Below, piece by piece: positions 20,727 through 33,742 of a DNA stretch of 64,000 nt. A model generated the notes under the pieces. It ran no database searches and was not told the origin of the DNA. It worked only from the letters and a program-made list of their open reading frames with translations. The stretch lies in the NCBI GenBank assembly GCA_001949185.1, contig BDGG01000001.1, positions 4,515,624 to 4,579,623 of the forward strand. The letters run 5' to 3'. Every line of letters begins with the position of its first letter. Positions within the stretch are counted from its first letter, which is position 1. Source of the DNA: Ramazzottius varieornatus (lineage: Eukaryota; Animalia; Tardigrada). The position numbers and the translations under genes are program-made.

Positions 20727-20818
20727 GTGTGTGTGGGGGGGGGGGGGGGGNNNNNNNNNNNNNNNNNNNNNNNNNNNNNNNNNNNNNNNNNNNNNNNNNN
20801 GGGGGGGGGGGGGGGGGG
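20727..20818. other. Assembly gap (50 N) flanked by poly-G and a short (TG)n
   Basis: N at 20751-20800 with G runs on both sides. Confidence 0.98.
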
Positions 20819-21443
20819 TTCATGACAGAACCGCTTCCACAACTTCAAATCACGGCGGCGCAAAGCCGACACAGAAGTCACAGCCGCATTTGTTGTTACA
20901 GCATCAGGTTCCATGCCGAATGAACTCTGTACACGTGTACTATAGCGAAGAAAACAGTAAGAGTAATATTAACCATAATACATGCGTAGTACGTCATCGC
21001 AAAGCCAAACATTAGTGGAGGGTACGAGCAGAAATCACAAAGAACTTGTGACGTCATCGTGCTAATCTGGGCGCAAAGTGGGCGCATCTTCCGCCTTTTC
21101 CCCAAGTTTCAGCCTGGCTCGCGCTTGTTTCACATTCTACTGAGAGATAACAAGGCAAAACATCTCAGTACCTGCAGTATTTCACTCGTCGAAGAGTAGG
21201 GATATGGCGGAGAATTTGTTCTTCGAGACGAAGTGTAGACTGTCCATCTTCCATCTGTTCGTCGCCTACTTGGTCCGACCTTTCCACTGTCTGCGGTCGA
21301 TTCACGGACAAACCTGCAATGTGAAGTCAGATCGTCAGGCCAGAGGGGTCAAGCTGAGCTGGGTCGGTTGAATGACAGATGTGCAGGAGGAAACCTGATC
21401 CGGAATCCAGAAGAAAATTACTACGGATTTACGCCGTTAGGTG

Positions 21444-22443
21444 TAGGGCCGACGCGCCCTATATCGAATGGATCAAACTTTTGCTTATAGGACGGTCATG
21501 ATGTCGAAACATAAAATACTTTGATTTGACTGTTGGGATGCGTAGTCACCACGAGACTACACATCCTCCATTAATCGCAGCAGTAATTAGAAATCTATAC
21601 AACGGTGTAAACTAGTTTATACAAGGTCTGAGGGCTTCTTGTGTTTACACTATTGGTTTAACAAACAAAGGCCAACAAAGGCAAGCCACAGAGCACTGCG
21701 CATTGTGCAAACTTCGATGTGTATCTGACGCTCGCGTTCAGTCAACGCACGAATTCTAGCCGTGCAAAAATATCAAAGGAGAGGTGTGAATAACAATGCC
21801 AGGGCCATTTGTATGTAGTTGGTAAACGGAAATAGGCAACCCATCAACGAACAAGATATCCAAGACGCATGGCACTTGCTCGAAAATAAATGTGTTTCCT
21901 GCAGCCTGTCCCTGACTCAGTTTTCGATCAAGGTTTTACTGCGCATAGATGCCTGTTCAAGCGAATGAATACCACACTTTCACTTATGCTTACTAATATT
22001 GTGCGAATTGTCGACGCAGATTTTCTTAACATCCGTTGAGTACGGTAGGCCAAAAAAGTTTGCTGTCGGTCGGGATAGTCTCGTACTCTTAGCCTTGATC
22101 ATACAATTCTGACTTACTTATTAAGCGAGACTTTTGCCCTTCTTTTCTTGTTGTGAGTTCCGACTGTGCGAACAATACCGGTGCATCTTGATAACCATCG
22201 AACGAAAACGTTTGACGTGATGATACGGACTTAAGCTTCTTCTAGCATACGTCGACTGGTCAGCATCCAGAACCAGCTTTCGGATTCTGAAGATCACTTT
22301 TTAACGAAACTGTTGTGGCACCAGTACAGTTTTGTGGCTCCACTGTGATTCATCAATCAAGTCAAAATATTTCCATGTTTCGACGCCATAACCGTCCCAT
22401 AAGCAAAAGTTTGATCCATTCAATATAGGGCGCGTTGGCCCTG
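21444..22443. mobile_element. Non-autonomous hAT-type DNA transposon (1.0 kb) with ~90-bp imperfect TIRs and near-perfect 8-bp TSD
   Basis: TAGGGCCGACGCGCCCTATATCGAATGGATCAAACTTTTGCTTAT.. at 21444 mirrors ..ATAAGCAAAAGTTTGATCCATTCAATATAGGGCGCGTTGGCCCTG ending at 22443. Flanks are GTTAGGTG and GTTTGGTG (7/8). YAGGG termini with an 8-bp TSD are typical of hAT. Confidence 0.8.
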
Positions 22444-22719
22444 GTTTGGTGTACAATCTACATTTACGGCTTCTCGTAATCGGCGTTTTGAGTAGTTCTT
22501 AGGCTGACGTAACTGGCGGACTTTGAAAGGAAGCGAAAAAAGGATACAGTGGTCAGGCAGTCTCAAGCACGGTTGTCATGTGTACAAACAAGTATGGAGG
22601 AGAGAAAGGAAGCACGTCTCATTGCTCTGTGCGTGTTGAGCGGAAGATCGGTTTTACGCTGTTTTGGTTCTGTTTCTTACGCTGTGTTCCTGTATTCTGG
22701 TTCTGTTCTTGTGACGAAC

Positions 22720-23982
22720 ATGAATAATCTGACTATAGACTCGCGGGCCACTCCGCCTGTTACTCGGTCCCGCGGCAAGGCTGGCGTGAAGCAAAAGGCC
22801 GCGCTTCGTTCATTTTCCGGTCAGCGCGAACAAACTAAAGTCGCTGATGGAACCAATACTAAGAACTTTCTGGAAGATAAGTTCGACCAAGTTCTCACTC
22901 CGCTTACTGCCCTCACTAGTCAGGTGAGTGCGTTTCGCGGTGCCGATAAACAAACAGTGGCGCTAGCCGAGACTACTGCTACTGTTTCCGATGGTGGGGC
23001 TCCTTTATAAGTCGCAAGGTCCGTACGTCAGCCGGTGGAGACGTTTACCATCTCAGATCCACCTACGGTTATCATTTTTATTTCGAATCTCGCTGCACCG
23101 GATCGTCCTTTCAATTTTGAGCTAATTTCCGACGCCATTGACAAACTTATGCGGGACCGCCGCGCATTCGTTAATCTTGAGTTGATCCTACCGCAGATTT
23201 ATGACCTGGACGTGTCCTCTGACGACGTTGATTCTGTCCTCAGCAATATTGCTAGCGCTCTTTTAGAGTACGCGGGTAAGGATCGGAAACGAAAGATCGA
23301 CAATTTCCCTACCTGGTTGGAGGCCTTCGTCATTCTTGCTCCCTATCGCGGATACTGCCATCCCGACTTGTACCCCAAGTTGGTAACCTACATCGGGATC
23401 ATCAATGGCCTCGCCGGCCAGATGAGCTCCGCGAACTTGTGGCTCGAGTACGATCAAGGTTTCCGAATGGAAATGAAGCATGCCGGTTCGACTGATCTCG
23501 AATGGTGTCGAGAAGACTCGGACCTCAAAGCCGCGGTGGTTCGTGGTAACACCCGGGTGGTACTGCCAACCTCGTCCGTTTCCAGAGAGACCAAGTGCTA
23601 CAACTGCAATCAGTACGGTCACATCGATCTTCATTGCCCAGCTCCTTCCACGCGACAAACCCGGACTTACGACGACCGCCGACGCAGGGAAAGCGATCGT
23701 GGTTCGCAGCATCGAGGGACTGCGCGCCTCCCGAGTGATACCGGCCATAGAGCTGGTAACGCTTCTGGGTCAAAGGACTCCGAGCCCAGACAGTTGGGCA
23801 GCATGAGTACAGGTTTGGTTAGAAGTAATTATGGAGCTCGTTTACGAACAGATATGCCATGCATTCGTTGGAATGATGGTAGTTGTAGCGAACCTTGTTT
23901 ACAACGTCAAATTCACATTTGCGATAGATGTATTCAGAAGGGCCACCGACGTGATACCTGTCCCGATAATGATACTGGCTAA
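22720..23982 (+). pseudogene. Gag-like ORF1 of the YR retrotransposon (interrupted by a stop at 23008-23010)
   Basis: WLEYDQGFR motif, zinc knuckle CYNCNQYGHIDLHC, C-terminal CIRWNDGSC..C..HICDRCIQKGH..C. Confidence 0.8.
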
Positions 23983-25082
23983 AGCCTTCACCCCTTTGAT
24001 ACCCGAACGCTTTGTGTTATTGTTAAAAGAATACCCCGCTCAGGATTTCGTTACGTACTTTGTGGATGGGTTGACAAATGGATTTCACATTGGTTATCGC
24101 GGTCCTGAGTTTCCTCGCGAAACGCCAAACGCTCGAACAGCATTCGATTACATTCACAAACACATACGGAAATATGTCGCCAAGGAGGTTACCGCCAAGC
24201 ATACAGTGGGACCTTTTGATGAGCCGCCGTTCGCAAAAACTGTTGTTTCTTCTATTGGAGTACGAGCGAAGACGAATGGTGGTTCGCGCTTGATAATGGA
24301 CCTATCACGTCTCGAGGAGCAATCCGTCAATGACTTCGTGAATCGGGCCGACTATAGTCTCACTTTCACTGGGGTGGACGACACTATTTGGGTTCTGAGT
24401 GAATATGGCCCGGGTACCCTGATGGCAAACGCAAACCGTAAGGGAGCGTTGAGACTCATCCCGGTTCACATGGATGACTGGTATTACCTGTTTTAAGATG
24501 GACGGGAAGTATTAATTCGACGTGGTCCTACCTTTCGGGGGACGTTTTTCACCAGCATTGTTGGACGACATGTCTAAGCTGCTTGAGTGGTTCGCCAGAC
24601 ATTATGGCCACGTTAAACATATTCTACATTATATTCGTGATTTTTGATGGGCCGGTCCACCTGACGATCCTGAGTGTCGGTTTTCTTCAACCTGATGAAA
24701 CGTCAGCAACGTCGATGTATTTTTTTACAGATGCAGCTGGATCTATTGGTTGTGGTGCTGTGTTTGGAAACGAGTGATTTTTCTTGCCGTGGCCTGCGTG
24801 GCTTAGTGAGACCCAACCTCCCCCTGCTTTATTCGAAATTTTGGCAGTTTATATAGCTTGTTGTTTGGGGGGTAAACTGGCAAAAGAAAAAGGCTATTGT
24901 TCCACTCGGACAGTATGGCTGTGGTCTCGGCGTGGCGGAAAATGTCAACTCCGCATAATGGCATCATGGAGCTGATACGTCAGATGCATTTCATAGCAGC
25001 TACGAATAATTTCAACTTACGCATCACATATATAGCCGGTTTCGATAACTCAATTGCGGATTCCGTCTCTAGATGCAATTGA
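23831..25082 (+). pseudogene. Reverse transcriptase / RNase H of the YR retrotransposon, inactivated
   Basis: GLTNGFHIGY, VGPF, RLIMDLS..SVNDF, RLIPVHMDDW, LPFGGRFSP. Catalytic YLDD has decayed to HYIRDF*. RNase H FTDAAGSIGCG..FEILAV..FHSDSMAVV..YIAGFDNSIADSVSR. Multiple frameshifts and stops. Confidence 0.88.
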
Positions 25083-26059
25083 GAACAGTTCCGATCACTA
25101 CACCCGACAGCCCTAGAAGAGCCAGTGAAAGTCGATTGCGATCTCGAAATTCTGAAACGAGCACTACAGTCAGATCACGTTTCGCGGTCGGAGGACTCGA
25201 CAGTTTTTCGCGATGGCTCGCAGATAGACGCCTTGCAGCTTCCACCCGAAGAGTATACAATGTTGGACTACGACACTACTTGTCTTTCTGCTTGAAATAC
25301 CCCGAAGGTTTCATTCCTTCAACTAAGGAAACCATCCAGCGATTCGCTGCTCATCTGTACTGTAAAGGGCTGAGTCTGGTAGCTGCAAAAGTATACATCT
25401 CTTCGGTACGATAACAACATATAATAGAGGGTTACGGAGACCCCTCAACTGATGATGTGAGACTCAGAATGATCATGAAAGGTTGGAATCGATCTGTAGT
25501 CGATCAACGCAGCAATAGAGACCCATCACAATTGACGTACTACGGAAACTGAAAGACCTGCTACGCGACTCATCTTTGAGTTTTCCAGACAAGCACATGT
25601 TATGGTCAGCATGTACTTTGGCCTTTTTCGGGTTCATGAGAGTTTCGGACTTTACTCATGTGAACGGTACGTGAGGACTTACCATTGGGACCATCAAGTA
25701 TACGAAACATTTCCTTGGTGTTCGTATAAAGTCAACAAAAACTTCACAACTGGGCGAAGTGATAATTGAAGTACCTGCAACGGGACGTTCCTGCTGTGCA
25801 GTACGCGCGTACGGTATTCGCGTTCGAAAACGCAGCGCCACTAACCCGCGAAAGGCTCAACGAGTTCCTTTTGTCATTCCTGAGCATCAAGTACAAGTCA
25901 CACAGTTTTCGGATGGGTGCTGCTACTACGGCCTCTCACTGTGGAGTACCTATCGACCAAATTCGAGTGCTTGGAAGATGGAAGAGTGATTGTTATAATA
26001 TTTATGTAAAGCAAGATGTACAGCAGAAGGCGAAGTGGTTAGCACAGATGGCGAGGTAG
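25073..26059 (+). pseudogene. Tyrosine recombinase of the YR retrotransposon, frameshifted
   Basis: N-terminal LAASTRRVYNVGLRHYLSFC; LWSACTLAFFGFMRVSDF (catalytic Arg); HSFRMGAATTA..IRVLGRWKSDCYNIY (H-x-x-R, W and Y). Confidence 0.9.
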
Positions 26060-26718
26060 GGTTTCGCGTCTATGGGGTAGTTGTTTGACGGGTACGACAC
26101 GAAATGAGTGTGGCGGAGTATTCTGCCCAGCTCGGCCCAGTACCTGCTCTCAGTTACCCCATATGAGTTCGGTTCGTGATAGTTCTTATGATGTTACATT
26201 AAAGAAGAGAATGGTAAATCCAAATTTTCGCGGAAATCGGAACTTCAGTTTTCCGTTGGTTGCCGGCCTGCACTAGCGCCCGGCCTTAGGGTGCCGCGTC
26301 TAATATCGTATATCGAAAGGAAAACATTATCCTCGTCCATTGTTTTATCAATTCCGTTTTGTTGCTTCCTGCACCTGCATGTATAACCTTCATCCGATTT
26401 TGTCATATTTTATCATATTCATCCAGACCGTTATCCGGAGATATCTCTGCCCGGCTCTGCCGAGCTGGCTAGGCCCAGATCGACAAGCCAGGCTCATCCG
26501 ACCCAGCCTGGGGATCAAGTACTCCGCGGTTTTAAGGCGAGATTATTCTTTGGAAAAGGTTGAGCAACCCCGAATCCAAAATCGTCTAGTGACAGTTTAA
26601 TGTGTCCTCTCCAAGTTGGCCAGCGAAATTGACTTGATAACTTTTGTAGTTTTCGAGATATACAATTATGAGGTTGATTGGGTAAACCCGGAAGCCGCCT
26701 CTCTATAATCTTTCGGAC

Positions 26719-27669
26719 GGCCCCGTACCTGGAACCCTAATAACAATTTCTCCTAACATACTCTTTCCCCTAACTGGCAAACCTAACAGTCTCCAACCCG
26801 AAGAACTCTTGCCCCAAAAAGTCAAAGCTAGACCCGAATACTACTTTTCCCCAACAGCCTCGAACCCGATCGACTTCGACCCCGCAGAACCGCGGACCTG
26901 AAGACCACCTTCCTCGAAGAACGCTTCTCACTACACATCACTGATCACTGCACCGTCACAACGTTTTAACGATTGCTTCCCTGAATTCCTAATGAGCATC
27001 ATATTACCTGATTTGGATGAGTTGACGAACGATACCAAGCTCGGTTTGTTGTTGGCACCAGAAACGGGAACTGCGTTCTCGATAGCCGAGCCACCACTTT
27101 CGTTGGCCGGGACAGACAATTCGACTTCTGCAGCACAAAAGCTAAATGCAACTGAAAATAATCAGTCAACTGGTAGGAAAATTTTACATAGTTATCAAAG
27201 GACCACAACTCGAAGAAAATGCGCAAATGAGAATGATGCTGTGAGAAATGACATGCATCGATTCGATCGAGCCAACGGTATACCGCTCAAGTTATTCAGT
27301 ACGAGGTCCTTCGCTCAACAGCAGCTCAAATCGAAAAAACACTCTTACGATTCGAGCTGCGAGAAATACTTTCGCTAATTCATCGTTCGATCACTCAGGG
27401 AGGGCCCGGAGGGCAAGTCCAAAGTCCAAACAATACAACAGATTTTTTTTAGGGCAGAGTGATCGTCGGGGCTGAAGTTATCGGGGCTCGTGACTGTTGG
27501 GGGGTCGAAGCCTTCGGAGTTCAGGCCCATAGTTCTTCGGGAATAAGGACATATCTGAGAGGTAGGTGCTGTTCGGGTGCGAAGCTGTTAGGGAAAGCGT
27601 TCTTCGGGTCTGAGGTTCTTCAGAGCGACGCTTAGGAGGAGTTGGAGTTAGGGGAAAACGTACCCCACC
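26719..27669. mobile_element. Non-autonomous Mutator/foldback-type element with 9-bp TSD and inverted arrays of subterminal repeats
   Basis: CTTTCGGAC is directly repeated at 26710-26718 and 27670-27678. Termini are GGCCCCGTAC.. and ..GTACCCCACC. The left ~200 bp has periodic CCCTAA/CCCGAA motifs and the right ~200 bp has the complements TTAGGG/TTCGGG. Confidence 0.72.
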
Positions 27670-29856
27670 CTTTCGGACAGAGTGACCGGGGATGCAAGGC
27701 ATGTGGTTGCTGGCTTGTCAGTCAGCGAGCTCTACAGCTCAGTCTGGCCATACCACAAAGAGATCTACACGAGCCGTCTTGTCCGCAAGAGAGGAACAAA
27801 GATCACAGTTAAACGCCGACTCGTTAGTTACCTAATGCCGCACTGCAAAACACCAATAAGAATTAGAGCTGAACCTCGCAGAATAGCATGGAACCTTCTT
27901 TTCTTACAATTTCACCCGGAAGTTTCGTAGGCTTCTCGAATTTTTCCGATTGTACACTCGCGTATAGATGCGATATTCCGAAAGCTCAACAGCTTTTGTG
28001 GAAAGTTAAAACTCGTAAGACTTGGCTTTGAGGACTGCTGGAAAGGGTGTTTGAACAATATTAACTCGTGTACAGTGAAGTGACAACGTCACTACGTTCC
28101 TGACCAAGACACTAAAAGTTCTTTGACGTCACCAAAAGGACGCTAATTTAATGTTAAGGTTATCGTCACGACGTTAAATGATCAATTTAACGTCATGTAC
28201 TTCGGACGCTCGTCTTTAGTTTCCTGACGTTCTGTTTTGTACCTGTTTGGTATCGAAATGGAGAAAATTCATCGCTCTATCGTTTGATATCTACCTGATA
28301 ACAGGAAAAACTCATCTGTCATCCACGGTTAAATGCGGCAAGAGGGGGTGAAAATCGGCATTTTCCCGTTCCGCAGTCGAGACTATGCCGCTTCAGTGAG
28401 CGACATCACTCTGACTCAGCGGATGCTTTCCACATCTTTTAGCCGTACTTAACTGTGAATCCAGCAGACAGGTTTTTTCGTGACCTGCTGGGTATTAAAC
28501 GACAGAAAAATCAATTCCCTACATTTTGATACGAAACAAGTGTGAAAAAACGTCAGGCTGATGAGGATAATCATTGTACGCACATGACTTTGAATTGGTC
28601 ATGTACCGATATCCGGAAACGAAGCGAATTTTAGTTGTTTGGCGTTATCGCGCTGCCGCCGTACACCCTCGACACAACGATTCCCAAGACAATGCATTGT
28701 ATTTGTGTCTTGGTCTCGGTCAGAGGCTATGGTCACCTCCGCTGTACAGTCTATTGAAACGAGACGAGACGGTAAGGGTTATAAAAGCTAAAATGAAGAA
28801 ACAAGAGAATTAGCTTCCGTGAAGATTTCATTATAATGGAGATTGCCTTTGTGATGCCACGAGAGCAGCTAATTGCTCGACGCAAAGAGCATGCTCAGTA
28901 GAAAGGCGGCTCAGGTGCTCAAGAGGGAGCAGCCGACACTCACCCAATGGCCAAAGCTGAACCGATGCAGCGTGACGATCTTCCGCAGGCACAGGGTGGA
29001 AGTTGACTGGTCAAGCCTCTCCCTGTCCGTCTTGTATGGTAAGCAAACTTTGAAGCGTCACGGTGAACATTCGACCCGACTACAGTCAAAGTTTGGTTAA
29101 AAATAGTTGAATTAAAGAAAAATTTCATCCAAAATACTTTTCCGAATCAAAAGAGTTGTGTTCACAAAGTCTCAATTTTGGAAACCGAGACTAACAACGG
29201 TTGTCGAGAAACAGCCTTCCAAGATCATTTTTTCCTGTCATCCCTAAAACTGGTCGATCGATGTTGCAGGTCGCCGTTTGAGCAAACTATCACTTCGTAT
29301 CTACAAGTGCAATGATTATTGGCTCATGACTGAAAGCACGAGTCGAGATACAACGCTACAAAACCATAATTGTATTTATGGGTCCACAACAACGCTGTTC
29401 TGCGTTGTTTTCGCCTTGCATGTTAGTAAATTTTGGCATGACCATTACTCCAACAACAGAAACTTTACATAGAAGCGTTCCCCTTCTCCTTATATGATTG
29501 TTCCTTAGAAGAGTCTGTATGCTCGATAACTTCCCCTAAAATAAGAGAACGCCCAGGTACTCGTAATGAAGGGGCGAAGAAAAAGCCGGCCGGTGGGGGC
29601 ATGTTTTCAGGTTTTCAGTGGGCCGGGCCCCCGCGGTCCACTGCTCAACGCGGGTGATGAAATTGCAGGTGATAAAACTTACCCTGTTCACCGGCCAGAT
29701 CCGCGCCCAAGGCCAGTCAAAACTGCTGAATCATAGCAACACAGTGGCCTGCTAAAACACAACCTTGCTTCACACTCCAGTCACGCCCGAGAGTCAGACT
29801 CGTGCTAGACTTTTGCGTTCCGAGTAATCATGACTAGAAATTTAATCAACTTATCA

Positions 29857-29990
29857 AAGGCACCCTGCATTATTTTAAGGCACCTTTTCCACCTTGCGTA
29901 AGGCACCTTCGTTGTCTAGGGTGGAAAGGTGGAAAATCGTATATCAGAGAGGCTCTAAGGTGGAAAAGGCACCAAAAGGCACCGCTAGTG
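29857..29990. repeat. Cluster of AAGGCACC and GGTGGAAA motifs upstream of U2AF2 (probable MITE remnant)
   Basis: AAGGCACC occurs five times and GGTGGAAA/TTTCCACC four times within about 135 bp. Confidence 0.5.
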
Positions 29991-30359
29991 CAGGTGTGGT
30001 TGGTCGAAGCGGGCAAGGGGCCCATCTCGACCAGTCAAACACTAACACCCCTAATACTGCGCGAATTGGGCACAACGGGATACCATGCGTCATGTGTTCT
30101 AGCTTTATGTGTAAGCGCACTGGACCAGTCTCACGCTCGGCGTCTTCGCGCTACACCAGGGGTCAAGCCCGCGATGTCAAAATTTCGGTTGCACTGCGAA
30201 AATTTTCAGATTTCCTGAACCCTGATTCTTGACTCTTGAGGAATTAATTTCTCACGTGAGTCACCTCGAGCTGGACTTCTCGACAGTCGTCTTAGACTTT
30301 GCTGTTACTGCGTTATTTTTGTTAGGAAGTGGGAACTTCAGTCCAGACATTGGTTGATC

Positions 30360-32307
<1,948 letters not shown>

Positions 32308-33088
32308 CATTCTCGTACACAGTTCGACCGCTGATTATCTTACTGATGTTGTTAACTTAGAACTTAGCTGGGCGACACCTCATTGAATAATTTTTCCTAT
32401 CTATCTAGTATGTCTTTTCGAATCAATGGAAAGTTGGACTCGATTTGTTTGACTATTGTTGGAACGTTTATTCATCCAGCCAGTTTCTATGTTGGTTCGC
32501 TGTAGATCGTGTTATTTTAATATGCAAGTTGTGTAACATACAGGGTCTCCCGCTTCGTTGCATGGCTAGCTGCGTGTAAATCCATGGCTCCCGTTTCGGA
32601 GGGAATTCCGTTACGCAACACAGGGAAGCTAGGAAAACACTGTGGCTTATGAGCTGGAAACGATGTCAAGTGGCAACTCAGATACGCAGTCCACTATGAG
32701 GTACTCCATTATGCATCTCTCTCGAACTCGAAGGTGCTTATATTGGGATCAAATGACTATCATCTTACCGCGAGCCGAAAACTAGGGTAGTGCGGGATGT
32801 TGTCAGAGCGTCACGCAAGGCGCGAAATTGCCTGGATGAAGTTCACTCACGTTTGGACTTGACATCGACGTATCATGTAACAAAGTTAAGTCTCAACGAA
32901 CAAAATTAGTATAATATTGCATACAAAAGGCAGTAGAGTTTCGACAGCATGACGCTGAAAATAATTTATTTCATCCGGAATAAGGTAATAATTACGTTCT
33001 TATACTCAGTATTGTTTATTTACAGCACGGTAGTTTTTCGAAAAGTCAAAATCGATAAAATAAACAATTCATTCGATTCTCCGATTTT

Positions 33089-33742
33089 TCAACATTTACA
33101 TTCGCAGGCAGTGACGATAGGGTACCAAATGGAAATCCACCGGCAGAAGAGGCCCCGCTCCCAGTTTCGGCAATGCCAGCGAAGGAGGCGCAGGTTCTGG
33201 GACTTGGACGTCTGGCATTTGTTCGAAGGCGGAATACTACACGATTGACCAGGCTCATTGTAACAAGTTCCTTCTCTGATCCATCTCGGGAAGAACCGGA
33301 TACTCAGATCCCTCCATCTGTACTTCACAGGGCAAAACGAATAGGAAGCCAGGAACTGTCGAATCTTCTTGCGGAACTGTCGTCTCTGCGCCGCTTTCCC
33401 ACCAAACTTCCCCGGGAACTTGGCGAACCGCAATGCCTTGATCTCGTTGGAAATGTGGAAATTGGAATAGTCAAAGCTGCCGTTTGGCCGAATGATGCTT
33501 TCTAGTGGGCGGGAGACTGACATGTATCGAGGGACAAAATCGCCACCGAGCTGGGCCTTCAAGGTACTCGGACTGAGGTCGTTGGGTCCCGGATCATAGG
33601 AGTGGTCCGGTGTAGGGAAGTCCAGAGGAGCTGGTTGGGGGATCAGTTGGGCGTGAAGCAGGTCCGAAGCACCGGTTATAAACAGAAATGCCGTGGTGAG
33701 CCTGAAGAGAAAGTCTCTTCGAAAATTGGTCCTAATATCCAT
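33089..33742 (-). CDS. NOG: Noggin (secreted cystine-knot BMP antagonist), single coding exon
   Basis: Hydrophobic leader; YDPGPNDLSPSTLKAQLGGDFVPRYMS; basic patch RRQFRKKIR; FCPVKYRWRDLSIRFFPRWIREGTC..SCSIP..C..LRWHC..CRW..YPIVTACECKC with all nine noggin cysteines. Confidence 0.93.
   Translation of the reverse strand: MDIRTNFRRDFLFRLTTAFLFITGASDLLHAQLIPQPAPLDFPTPDHSYDPGPNDLSPSTLKAQLGGDFVPRYMSVSRPLESIIRPNGSFDYSNFHISNEIKALRFAKFPGKFGGKAAQRRQFRKKIRQFLASYSFCPVKYRWRDLSIRFFPRWIREGTCYNEPGQSCSIPPSNKCQTSKSQNLRLLRWHCRNWERGLFCRWISIWYPIVTACECKC

Larger units (their letters stand above)
22540..26200 (+). mobile_element. Decayed tyrosine-recombinase retrotransposon (DIRS order, Ngaro-like): gag, RT/RNase H, YR
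   Basis: Gag-like ORF with a CCHC knuckle, followed by overlapping RT, RNase H and lambda-type recombinase remnants. No methyltransferase domain seen. Element ends are approximate. Confidence 0.9.

Noticed and set aside
20443-21015. ORFs with poly-Pro or poly-Gly spanning the N run; poly-G as a G-quadruplex locus
   Set aside because: They cross an assembly gap, and the true length and content are unknown.
25073-26059. Tyrosine recombinase as evidence of a prophage or bacterial contamination
   Set aside because: It follows gag and RT/RNase H in the layout of a eukaryotic YR retrotransposon and is flanked by intron-containing animal genes.
26267-29994. 12-bp inverted repeat CCTGCACTAGCG / CGCTAGTGCAGG suggesting a 3.7-kb CACTA element
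   Set aside because: No convincing TSD and no transposase. A 12-bp match over several kb is near chance expectation.
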